This document shows, piece after piece, positions 17,266 through 24,000 of a stretch of 24,000 nt of DNA (within the stretch, counting starts at the first letter, position 1; each line of letters starts with the position of its first letter). The DNA is from Vicinamibacterales bacterium (GTDB taxonomy: Bacteria; Acidobacteriota; Vicinamibacteria; Vicinamibacterales; JAKQTR01), in the NCBI GenBank assembly GCA_046496425.1, contig JAWOGY010000234.1, forward strand, positions 1 through 24,000. The letters are read 5' to 3'. A model generated the notes under the pieces. That model was not told the DNA's origin, made no database searches, and worked only from the letters and a program-made list of their open reading frames with translations. The position numbers were made by a program, and so were the translations under genes.

Positions 17266-17270
17266 CGTCC

Positions 17271-17543
17271 CTACGGGTTCTTCTCGGACAGCTTCCTCAT
17301 GTACGCGCCGAGCCGTTCGTTCTCGTAGGTGACGCTGTTCAGGAAGAGGCTCTCCTGCAGGTAGGTGTCGCGCTCGTCTGGCGTCATCTGGCCGACCAGG
17401 TGGGCAATCTCCCGCGCCATGTCCTCGAACGACCGCTCGAGCTCCCTCCGGGCGGTTACCTCGTGGTACAGCGTCTCCATCACGGTGAGCAGGTCGCCGT
17501 CGAGGGGGATCTCCGCGCCGGTGGTGGTCTTGATGGTCCGCAT
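17271..17543 (-). CDS. Hypothetical 90-aa acidic, Cys-free, probably helical protein
   Basis: ATG at 17543, 1 nt after the STAS stop. The stop lies 5 nt before the radical SAM start. Its lower-GC, non-Arg-rich composition argues for real coding. I recognise no family. Confidence 0.6.
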   Translation of the reverse strand: MRTIKTTTGAEIPLDGDLLTVMETLYHEVTARRELERSFEDMAREIAHLVGQMTPDERDTYLQESLFLNSVTYENERLGAYMRKLSEKNP

Positions 17544-17544
17544 G

Positions 17545-17892
17545 CTACCCCTCGAAACTGGCCAGCGCGGTCGCTTCGTCGGCGTACAACTGGATGAAGT
17601 TGTGCGCCCCGGTCATGGTCAACATCGTTTCGACCCGCTTCTGCACGCCCGCGAGCTTCAGCGACCCGCCGGCCGCCGCCGCCTGACGGTACAGGTCCAT
17701 CAGGCACCCGATCGTCGCGCTATCGATATAGACGACGGGAGCGAGGTCAACGATCACTTTTCGCTCGCCTCCGGCGATCAGGCCCACCACGGCGGTCGAG
17801 AAATCGGACAGGAGGGGGTACATCAGGCGGCTCTCGGCGACGCGGACGACACTGATGTCGCGGACGTGGTCGATGGTCAGCTTCATGCTCAT
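17545..17892 (-). CDS. STAS-domain protein (anti-sigma factor antagonist, SpoIIAA/RsbV-like)
   Basis: 115 aa from MSMKLTIDHV. The VIVDL..VVYIDSATIGCL segment carries the conserved DSxxxG serine. ATGA overlap with the sigma-factor stop. The upstream part of the 299-aa track ORF is rejected. Confidence 0.8.
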   Translation of the reverse strand: MSMKLTIDHVRDISVVRVAESRLMYPLLSDFSTAVVGLIAGGERKVIVDLAPVVYIDSATIGCLMDLYRQAAAAGGSLKLAGVQKRVETMLTMTGAHNFIQLYADEATALASFEG

Positions 17893-18524
17893 ACTCCAGA
17901 ACGGCGGCCGGCCTGCCCGGCGTCCGCTCGCGGGCGCAGGCCCTTCTCTCTGAGACGCGTGATCTGCCGCGCAAGTTCGTGCCGGCCCCGGTTGATCCTC
18001 GACTTCACGGTGCCTTCCGGCAGATGCAGCCGGTCGGCGATCTCCTGGTACGACAGCTCCTGGATGTCGCGCATCACCACCGCCGTCCGGAGCGTCTCGG
18101 GCAGCTGCTGCAGCGCCCGGCGCAGCTCCTGGGCGAGGTCGAGGCGCTCGAGGATGACGTGCGCGCTCGTCTCGACCGACTGCGGCGAGAGGTCGTCGGC
18201 ATTCACGTCGCGGTTGATCGTCTCCCGCTCCTTCCGCACGCTGCGGTAGTGGTCGATGCAGAGGTTCCGGCTGACGCTGACGAGCCAGGTCTGGAAGTTC
18301 GCGCGCCGGTCGAAGGTGGCGAGCGACTTGAACACCTTCAGGAAGACGTCCTGCGTCAGGTCCTCCGCCTCGTCGTGCCGCCCGACGAACTTGTACGCGA
18401 CGTTGAACACCCGCCGCCAGTACTGGCGGACGATCTGCTCCCACGCCTGCTCGTCGCCCCGCAGGCAGCGCTCGATCAGGGTGTCGGGTTCCGCGGGCGT
18501 CGGCGTCGGGTCCATCGGGGTCAT
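17889..18524 (-). CDS. ECF-type sigma-70 family RNA polymerase sigma factor
   Basis: Region 2 (WEQIVRQYWRRVFNVAYKFVGRHDEAEDLTQDVFLKVF) and region 4 (LSYQEIADRLHLPEGTVKSRINRGR). I chose the ATG at 18524 because the track start TTG at 18572 is part of a TTGACA -35 box. Confidence 0.85.
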   Translation of the reverse strand: MTPMDPTPTPAEPDTLIERCLRGDEQAWEQIVRQYWRRVFNVAYKFVGRHDEAEDLTQDVFLKVFKSLATFDRRANFQTWLVSVSRNLCIDHYRSVRKERETINRDVNADDLSPQSVETSAHVILERLDLAQELRRALQQLPETLRTAVVMRDIQELSYQEIADRLHLPEGTVKSRINRGRHELARQITRLREKGLRPRADAGQAGRRSGV

Positions 18525-18543
18525 TGAGACGCAGTAACGTCGC

Positions 18544-18572
18544 AGAATACCGTGAGAAGGAGGGGGTGTCAA
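18544..18572 (-). promoter_or_regulatory. Sigma-70-type promoter TTGACA-N17-TATTCT for the sigma/STAS/small/rSAM operon
   Basis: On the minus strand, TTGACA is the complement of 18567-18572, the spacer is 17 nt, and TATTCT is the complement of 18544-18549. The ATG at 18524 lies about 13 nt after the predicted TSS. Confidence 0.6.
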
Positions 18573-18598
18573 ACCGACGGCGCCTCGGATAAGATGCC

Positions 18599-19846
18599 GT
18601 GATCGTGACCGGATTTGCCCTGCAAGACGGACAACTCGCCTGCGACGGAATCCCGGTGGCGGCGATGGCCGCCGGCGCCGGGACGCCGCTCTACATCTAC
18701 AGCGCCAGCCTCATCCGGGAGGCCTTCACGGCGCTCGATTCGGCCTTCGGCGGCTATCCGCACACGCTGCACTACGCTCTGAAGGCGAACTCGACGCTCG
18801 CCATTCTCCGCCTCCTCCGGGGCCTTGGCACCGGCGCCGACGCGAATTCGGGCGGCGAGATCGAGGCGGCCCTGCGCGCCGGCTTCGAGCCGCCGCAGAT
18901 CGTGTTCACCGGCGTCGGCAAGACGCGCGACGAGCTCGACCACGCGGTCGCCCTCGGCGTGAAGGCCATCAACATCGAGTCGGACGGCGAGGCGGACCGC
19001 ATCGACGCGCTGGCGCGCGCGCGGGGCGTGAAGGCGCGGGTCGCGCTGCGCGTGAACCCCGACATCGACGCCAACACCCACGCGCACATCTCGACCGGGC
19101 AGCGCTTCAACAAGTTCGGTGTGCCCATCGAGTTCGCGGCGCCCCTGCTGCGGCGCCTGGCGCGCATGCCCGGCCTCGAGGTCGCCGGCCTGCACGTCCA
19201 TCTCGGCTCGCAGATGGTCGACGTCGAGCCGCTCGGCAGCGCCGCCTGGGCGCTCGCGGACCTGGCCAGGGACCTGCGCGACGCCGGGCTGCGCCTCGAG
19301 CACCTCGACCTCGGCGGCGGGCTCGGCATCGGGTACGACGGCAGCGCCCACGGCAGCCCCGACGAGTACGCGTCGGCGGTGCTGCCGGCCGTGCGCCAGA
19401 CGGGCCTGCACCTGCTGCTCGAGCCGGGCCGGTTCCTCACGGCGCCGGCGGGAATCCTGGTGGGCCGCGTGGCCGATACAAAGGCGTACACGGGCTGCCC
19501 GCGGTTCGTCATCCTCGACACGGGCATGACGGAACTCATCCGCCCCATGCTGTACGAGGCGTTCCACCGGATCGTCGCCGTCGCCCCGAGGGAGGGCGAG
19601 ACCGGGCACTACGACATCGTCGGCCCACTTTGCGAGACCAGCGACACCCTCGGGTACAAGCGCGAGCTCGGACCGGTCGAGGTCGACGACCTCATCGCGG
19701 TGCTCGACGCGGGCGCGTATGGTTTCGTCATGGCGTCGAACTACAATCGCCGCCGGATGCCGGCCGAAGTGCTCGTCGACGGCGGCGCGTGGCGGGTGAT
19801 CCGGAAGAGGCAGTCGCTTGGGGACCTGTTTCGGAATGAGGAGTAG
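18599..19846 (+). CDS. lysA: Diaminopimelate decarboxylase
   Basis: 415 aa. TPLYIYS, HYALKANS (PLP-Lys), EPGR, CETSD and AGAYGFVMASNYN motifs. GTG start; an in-frame TAA at 18590-18592 bounds the 5' end. Confidence 0.9.
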   Translation: MIVTGFALQDGQLACDGIPVAAMAAGAGTPLYIYSASLIREAFTALDSAFGGYPHTLHYALKANSTLAILRLLRGLGTGADANSGGEIEAALRAGFEPPQIVFTGVGKTRDELDHAVALGVKAINIESDGEADRIDALARARGVKARVALRVNPDIDANTHAHISTGQRFNKFGVPIEFAAPLLRRLARMPGLEVAGLHVHLGSQMVDVEPLGSAAWALADLARDLRDAGLRLEHLDLGGGLGIGYDGSAHGSPDEYASAVLPAVRQTGLHLLLEPGRFLTAPAGILVGRVADTKAYTGCPRFVILDTGMTELIRPMLYEAFHRIVAVAPREGETGHYDIVGPLCETSDTLGYKRELGPVEVDDLIAVLDAGAYGFVMASNYNRRRMPAEVLVDGGAWRVIRKRQSLGDLFRNEE

Positions 19847-19855
19847 GGGCTGCCG

Positions 19856-20449
19856 ATGACCGGAATCCTCATCGTCCTCGAAGGCCTCGATCAGAGCGGG
19901 AAGGAGACGCAGGCGCGGCTCCTTCGCCAGTGGTTCGAATCCGCGGGGCGGCAGGTGGAGTCGCTGGCGTTTCCGGACTACGCGACGCCGATCGGCCTGG
20001 AAATCTGGAAGGGGCTGCACGGCGAGCGGGAGTTCGGCCCCGACACGATCCAGCTGCTGCTCATCGCCAACCGCCACGAATGGAAGCCGAAGATCCAGGC
20101 GTGGCTCGCCGCCGGCCGCGTCGTGATCTGCGACCGTTACCTGGCGTCGAGCGTCGCGTACGGCGAGGCGCAGGGACTCGATCCGCACTGGCTGCTCGGC
20201 GTGCAGGCCTACCTGCCTCAGCCCGATGTGACGGTGCTCCTCGATATCGAGCCGGAGGTGGCCGCGGCCCGCAAGGCGAAGAACCGGGACAGGTTCGAGA
20301 GCGACCTGCCGATGCTCGGCCGCGTGCGGGCGAGCTACCAGCGGCAGGCGGCGGACCTGCTGTGGGTCGTCATCGACGCCGCGCGCCCGGTCGAGGCGGT
20401 GGCCGCCGACGTCGCTAGCGCCGTCGCGCGGCGACTCGGGCCACGGTAA
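19856..20449 (+). CDS. tmk: dTMP (thymidylate) kinase
   Basis: ILIVLEGLDQSGKETQ P-loop, DRY motif (ICDRYLASSVAYG) and a lid region (RKAKNRDRFE). The 3' end overlaps convergent comF by 35 nt. Confidence 0.85.
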   Translation: MTGILIVLEGLDQSGKETQARLLRQWFESAGRQVESLAFPDYATPIGLEIWKGLHGEREFGPDTIQLLLIANRHEWKPKIQAWLAAGRVVICDRYLASSVAYGEAQGLDPHWLLGVQAYLPQPDVTVLLDIEPEVAAARKAKNRDRFESDLPMLGRVRASYQRQAADLLWVVIDAARPVEAVAADVASAVARRLGPR

Positions 20450-21089
20450 GCGTGCGGACTTCGCGCACGCCCGCGGCGACGAGGACCCTGGCGCAGGCGT
20501 CCCCCGTCGCTCCGGTCGTGCACACGTCATCCACCAGCACCACGACGAGCCCGTCGAGGCGCCGCGACGCGCGGCGCGCGAGAAGCGGCCGCCACGGCCA
20601 GCGATAGCGCCAGGCGATCGCGATGGCGCCGGCGAGGTTCGCGCGGCGTTCGCCGGCGTGGAGTCCCGCCTGGGCGCGGGTCCGGCGCGACCGCCGGAGC
20701 GCGTGGCACACGGGAAGCCCGAGCCCGGCGGCGAGGAGCGCGGCCTGGTTGAACCCCCGCCGGCGGCGCCGGAACCAGTGCAGAGGGACCGGGACGGCGG
20801 CGTCCGCGCCCTCGATCACGCCGCGGCCGGCGTCGCGCATCAGCGCCGCGAGCGGCTGCGCCAGTCCTCGCCGCCTGTCGTACTTGAAGGCATGGATGAT
20901 GTCGCGCAGGCGGCCCTCGTAGGGGCCGACCGCGGCCTCGCTGGCGCCGGCCGCCGCGGGAAAGCGGTAAACGGCCGCCCAGCATGCCCGGCACACGGGT
21001 CCGGCGGTGGGCTCGTCGAGCGGACAGCCGCACGCGGCGCACTCGGGCGCGATGACGACGCTGACGAGCGCGTCGAGGACGCGCGCCAG
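20415..21089 (-). CDS. comF: ComF-family phosphoribosyltransferase-domain protein (start codon unresolved)
   Basis: N-terminal Cys pairs (CAACG...CRAC), RGFNQA, and the PRTase motif VVLVDDVCTTGAT. There is no ATG/GTG/TTG between the rsfS stop and the conserved N-terminus. The 5' end is provisionally placed at CTG 21089. The only upstream canonical start (ATG 21242) would overlap rsfS by 140 nt. Confidence 0.7.
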   Translation of the reverse strand: MARVLDALVSVVIAPECAACGCPLDEPTAGPVCRACWAAVYRFPAAAGASEAAVGPYEGRLRDIIHAFKYDRRRGLAQPLAALMRDAGRGVIEGADAAVPVPLHWFRRRRRGFNQAALLAAGLGLPVCHALRRSRRTRAQAGLHAGERRANLAGAIAIAWRYRWPWRPLLARRASRRLDGLVVVLVDDVCTTGATGDACARVLVAAGVREVRTLTVARVAARRR

Positions 21090-21102
21090 GGATTTCCGCG
21101 GC

Positions 21103-21558
21103 TCAGACGGCCGGGTCGGGCATTTCGACGCGCCCGGCGCTGCCCCAGAGCCGCTCGATGTCGTAGAACTCGCGGGCTTCGGGCGCGAACACGTGGACGA
21201 TGAAGGTGAAGTAGTCGAGCAGGATCCAGTTCGCCCGGTCATACCCTTCAACGTGCGCGGCCTTGTGCCCCTCGTTCGCGAGCGCGGCCTCGATGGCGTC
21301 GGCAATGGCCTTCACCTGCCGCGCGTTCTGCCCCGTGCAGATGAAGAAGAAGTCGGTGAACGCCTGCGCCCCGCGCAGGTCCAGCGCCACCACGTCGGTG
21401 GCCTTCTTCTCGTAGGCCGTCCGGGCTGTCAGCGTCAGTTCCCCGGGCAGCCCGGATGGCCGGGCTTCGCCGCCGTCCGCCGCCGCCTTTGTCCGCCGCC
21501 GCGGGCGGGGAGCCGGACTGCCGGCGGTTTTCGCGCGCGCACTCGTCGTTTTACTCAT
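21103..21558 (-). CDS. rsfS: Ribosome silencing factor RsfS with a basic N-terminal extension
   Basis: Core DVVALDLRGAQAFTDFFFICTGQNARQVKAIADAI...WILLDYFTFIVHVF..E.REFYDIERLW. The ATG at 21558 overlaps the nadD stop by 8 nt. About 40 extra basic/Ala/Pro-rich residues at the N-terminus. Confidence 0.85.
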   Translation of the reverse strand: MSKTTSARAKTAGSPAPRPRRRTKAAADGGEARPSGLPGELTLTARTAYEKKATDVVALDLRGAQAFTDFFFICTGQNARQVKAIADAIEAALANEGHKAAHVEGYDRANWILLDYFTFIVHVFAPEAREFYDIERLWGSAGRVEMPDPAV

Positions 21559-22300
21559 GCAAGTTGCCGGCCGCGGGCCTGCCTCCGTGCGCGGCGCCGT
21601 CATCGGCGCCGTACAGACGGTGGCGGCGGATGTAGTCGTCGACTTCGGGCGGCACCAGGCCCGCGAGAGGCCGCCCTGCACGCGCGTCGGCGCGGATGCT
21701 GGTGGACGAGATGTCGGGCGTCGGGCAGTCGAGCAGAAACACGCGTGTTTCAGGGCCCTCTTTGACGACGACGCCGTGGAGCCCCGGGTCTTGAGGATGG
21801 AGCCCCGGGTCTTCAGACCCGGGGACTAGCACGCGGATCATCCTCGGTGCCAGGTCCGGAAGCCTGGCCGGGAGAGCCGTGGCCGCCGCGCCCGCCCGGG
21901 AGCAGACCACGAAGTGCGCGAGGTCGAGCACGGCCGGGTACTCGCGCCACGTGGCAATTTCCGCAAACGCATCGGCCCCGGTGAGGAAAAAAATCTGCCA
22001 CGCCCCGAGGCCCGTCGCGCCGAGGGCGCGAAGCGTGTCGGCCGTGTAGGAGGGGCCCGGCCGGCCCATCTCGAGGTCGCTCGCGACGAGCCGGGCATCG
22101 GCCGAGGCGGCCAGCGCCACCATCGCGAAGCGGTGGTGAAGCGACGCCGACGGGTCCACCGGCCGGTGAGGTGGCGTGCGCGAGGGCAGCAGCAGCACGC
22201 GGTGCAGGCCGAGGGCGTCAGCGGCCTGCCGCGCGACGGCGAGATGCCCCAGGTGGATGGGATCGAAGGTGCCGCCCAGCACGCCGGTCAGGGTCGCCAT
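21551..22300 (-). CDS. nadD: Nicotinate-nucleotide adenylyltransferase
   Basis: From MATLTGVLGGTFDPIHLGHL (the (H/T)xGH motif) to ISSTSIR near the C-terminus. The start lies 2 nt after the obg stop. Contains the in-frame repeat insertion at 21778-21824. The rest of the 573-aa track ORF is off-frame through obg. Confidence 0.85.
   Translation of the reverse strand: MATLTGVLGGTFDPIHLGHLAVARQAADALGLHRVLLLPSRTPPHRPVDPSASLHHRFAMVALAASADARLVASDLEMGRPGPSYTADTLRALGATGLGAWQIFFLTGADAFAEIATWREYPAVLDLAHFVVCSRAGAAATALPARLPDLAPRMIRVLVPGSEDPGLHPQDPGLHGVVVKEGPETRVFLLDCPTPDISSTSIRADARAGRPLAGLVPPEVDDYIRRHRLYGADDGAAHGGRPAAGNLHE
21778..21824. repeat. Hairpin element copy B with a 21-nt partial tandem duplication, inside nadD
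   Basis: GGAGCCCCGGGTCTT occurs at 21778-21792 and 21799-21813. Hairpin: CCCCGGGTC (21803-21811), TTCA, GACCCGGGG (21816-21824). Translated in the nadD frame as PGSEDPGLHPQDPGLH. Confidence 0.85.
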
Positions 22301-22302
22301 CG

Positions 22303-23325
22303 TCACGCGTCCGTCCCGGCCGGGTGCAGGCGGCGCCACATCTCCTCGACAAGCGCGGGCACGCCGTCGCCGGTCACCGCCGAGATCCGGTGGAGCGGGA
22401 TGCCGCGCCGCCGCAAGTGGGCGGCCAGCCGCGTGACCGGGCGGCGATCGGCCACCGCGTCCATCTTGTTGGCGGCGGCGATGGCGGGCTTCTCCGCGAG
22501 CTCGGGCCGGTAGAGCTCGAGCTCGCGCCGGATGGTCTTGAATTCCTCCACGGGGTCGCGTCCAGACTGGCCGGAGACGTCGATCAGGTGCACCAGCAGG
22601 CGGGTGCGCTCGAGGTGCCGGAGGAATTGGTGGCCGAGGCCGAGACCTCGGTGCGCGCCCTCGATGAGGCCCGGCACGTCGGCCACCACGAAGCTGCGGT
22701 CGTCGCCGAGGGCTACCACGCCGAGATTCGGCGTCAGCGTGGTGAAGGGGTAGTCGGCGATTTTCGGCTTGGCCGCCGAGATGCGGGAGATGAGCGTCGA
22801 TTTGCCCGCGTTCGGAAAGCCGACGAGGCCGACATCGGCGAGCAGCTTCAACTGCAGCCGCAGGTGCTTCGCCTCGCCAGGGGTCCCGGGATCCGCGCGG
22901 CGCGGGGCCCTGTTCGTGGCCGAGGCGAACCGGGCGTTGCCGCGGCCGCCCTGGCCGGCGGCCGCGATGCGCACCTTCGTGCCCGCTTCGAGAAGGTCGG
23001 CAACCTGGACCGGCTCGCCGCCTTCCTCGGGCACTTCGTACACGACCGTGCCAATCGGCACCTTGATCACGAGGTGCTTGCCGTTGCGGCCGTGCATGTT
23101 CGATCCCATGCCGTGCTGGCCGCGCTCGGCCTTGAAGTCGGGGTGGAAGCGGAAACTGACGAGCGTGTTCAGGTGCGGGCTGGCGGCGAAGTAGACGGAC
23201 CCGCCGTTGCCGCCGTCGCCGCCGCTCGGACCGCCTCTGGGCACGAACTTCTCGCGCCGGAAGGCGATGCACCCGCGGCCGCCGCTGCCGGCCGCCACGC
23301 GGACTTCCACTTCGTCAACGAACAT
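22303..23325 (-). CDS. obg: GTPase Obg/CgtA
   Basis: [39 protein letters not shown] (Obg fold). G motifs: [18 protein letters not shown] and NKMD. Confidence 0.95.
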   Translation of the reverse strand: MFVDEVEVRVAAGSGGRGCIAFRREKFVPRGGPSGGDGGNGGSVYFAASPHLNTLVSFRFHPDFKAERGQHGMGSNMHGRNGKHLVIKVPIGTVVYEVPEEGGEPVQVADLLEAGTKVRIAAAGQGGRGNARFASATNRAPRRADPGTPGEAKHLRLQLKLLADVGLVGFPNAGKSTLISRISAAKPKIADYPFTTLTPNLGVVALGDDRSFVVADVPGLIEGAHRGLGLGHQFLRHLERTRLLVHLIDVSGQSGRDPVEEFKTIRRELELYRPELAEKPAIAAANKMDAVADRRPVTRLAAHLRRRGIPLHRISAVTGDGVPALVEEMWRRLHPAGTDA

Positions 23326-23454
23326 CCGGCACTACGGTAGCACAGGACGCGCTGGCGGCGGGGCACTCCCGCCGTTGTCTCTCGAAGCGATCGCGACATC
23401 GCGGTAGAATAGGGACGTCCCTTCATCGCGTCGTGCTGTCCCCGAGGTTGTCCC

Positions 23455-24000
23455 GTGTCCGACTTCGATCGCGTCTTCCTGCGCAAGGGTCCGTTCGTTC
23501 CGTCTCGAGACGACGACTTCGACGACCACGACGCCGACCAGCCCGAGCACGAGCAGCCCGAGGCCGACTCCTCGTCGGCCGCTGGCCGGGAAGGACTGCC
23601 GTCGACGTTCCGCATGCGGGCCACCTCGCACTACGTCGATTTGCTGGCCTCGCGCCCGGCGGCCCCGCCGGTCCACCTGATCGCAATCAAGGACATTACC
23701 GGCGCCCGTCCCGCCGGCGACGACGAAGATCTGGGCCAGCTGGCCGAATCGATCCGGTCGGTGGGCGTCGTGCAGCCCCTGCTCGTCAGGCGCCGCAAGG
23801 GCCGGTTCGAGCTCATCGCCGGCTCGAAGCGCCTCGCCGCGGCGGCCGCGGCCGGGCTCACCGAGGTCCCGTGCCTGCTCCGGGACGCCGACGACGAACG
23901 GGCGCGGGCGTTGGCGGAGGCCGAGAACCTGAGGACGGGGAGTGACCGCGTCGCCGAAACGCCCGGGGCGGCCTCGTCGGGCGTGCCGGCGCTGGCGGCG
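23455..24000 (+). CDS. ParB/Srx N-terminal-domain protein, 3'-truncated by the window end
   Basis: Not in the ORF track because it has no stop in the window. My own translation from GTG 23455 (GAGG about 8 nt upstream) gives VSDFDRVFLRKG..., an acidic stretch, then LAESIRSVGVVQPLLVRRRKGRFELIAGSKRLAAAAAAGLTEVPCLL...ALAEAENLR. That matches the ParB-N pattern (QP..VR....Y.lI.G.RR..Aa...G...vP). The frame is open to 24000. Confidence 0.7.
   Translation, partial: MSDFDRVFLRKGPFVPSRDDDFDDHDADQPEHEQPEADSSSAAGREGLPSTFRMRATSHYVDLLASRPAAPPVHLIAIKDITGARPAGDDEDLGQLAESIRSVGVVQPLLVRRRKGRFELIAGSKRLAAAAAAGLTEVPCLLRDADDERARALAEAENLRTGSDRVAETPGAASSGVPALAA

Noticed and set aside
18570-18572. TTG at 18572 as the ECF sigma start codon (227-aa version)
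   Set aside because: This TTG is the first three bases of a TTGACA-N17-TATTCT promoter, so it would lie upstream of the transcript. The ATG at 18524 is used instead.
18557-18592. Strong SD-like AAGGAGG followed by a short GTG-initiated ORF (VSNRRRLG) as a leader peptide upstream of lysA
   Set aside because: Only 2 nt separate the SD-like sequence from the GTG, which is too short. The purine run is the complement of the spacer of the minus-strand sigma-factor promoter. There is no evidence for an attenuator.
18569-20530. 653-aa minus-strand ORF antisense to lysA and tmk
   Set aside because: It is a shadow ORF opposite two well-supported housekeeping genes, with low-complexity Arg/Asp/Glu/Pro composition.
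21551-23272. 573-aa track ORF taken as a single gene
   Set aside because: Only the C-terminal 249 codons (from ATG 22300) are NadD. The upstream part is an off-frame read through obg and is Arg/Pro-rich.

Overview
This is a GC-rich bacterial chromosomal segment. G+C was not computed for the whole window, but only two patches of about 60 bp are AT-rich. lpxC indicates a diderm; the phylum cannot be determined from sequence alone. I support 24 protein-coding genes, tightly packed and mostly housekeeping.

- **Plus strand:** an HExxH zincin-like protein, an HNH endonuclease, an IPT/beta-propeller protein coupled to an APC amino-acid permease, an orphan prepilin-type protein, a PEGA-domain protein, uvrA, lpxC, lysA, tmk and a 3'-truncated ParB-like gene.
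- **Minus strand:** an NlpC/P60 peptidase, a large GT-C-like membrane protein, a three-cistron xanthine-dehydrogenase-family operon (order L-S-M), a four-gene operon (ECF sigma, STAS, 90-aa protein, atypical radical SAM) and obg-nadD-rsfS-comF.
- **Not found:** no rRNA, tRNA, CRISPR array, transposase or integrase was recognised.

All family calls rest on motif recognition by eye; no database search was possible.

Observations most worth follow-up:
1. The ECF sigma-STAS-small protein-radical SAM operon has no recognisable anti-sigma factor, and its radical SAM enzyme looks domain-permuted with a non-canonical Cys motif.
2. Period-7 tandem repeats sit at both cistron junctions of the XDH-family operon. 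Gain of one 7-nt unit would fuse adjacent subunits in frame.
3. A short hairpin element occurs twice with compensatory stem changes. One copy supplies a stop codon; the other lies in frame inside nadD.
4. Twin TGTGGC-N6-GCCACA palindromes and an AT-rich patch lie between uvrA and lpxC.
5. Two genes have a -10-like hexamer exactly 6 nt before the start codon, which suggests leaderless transcripts.
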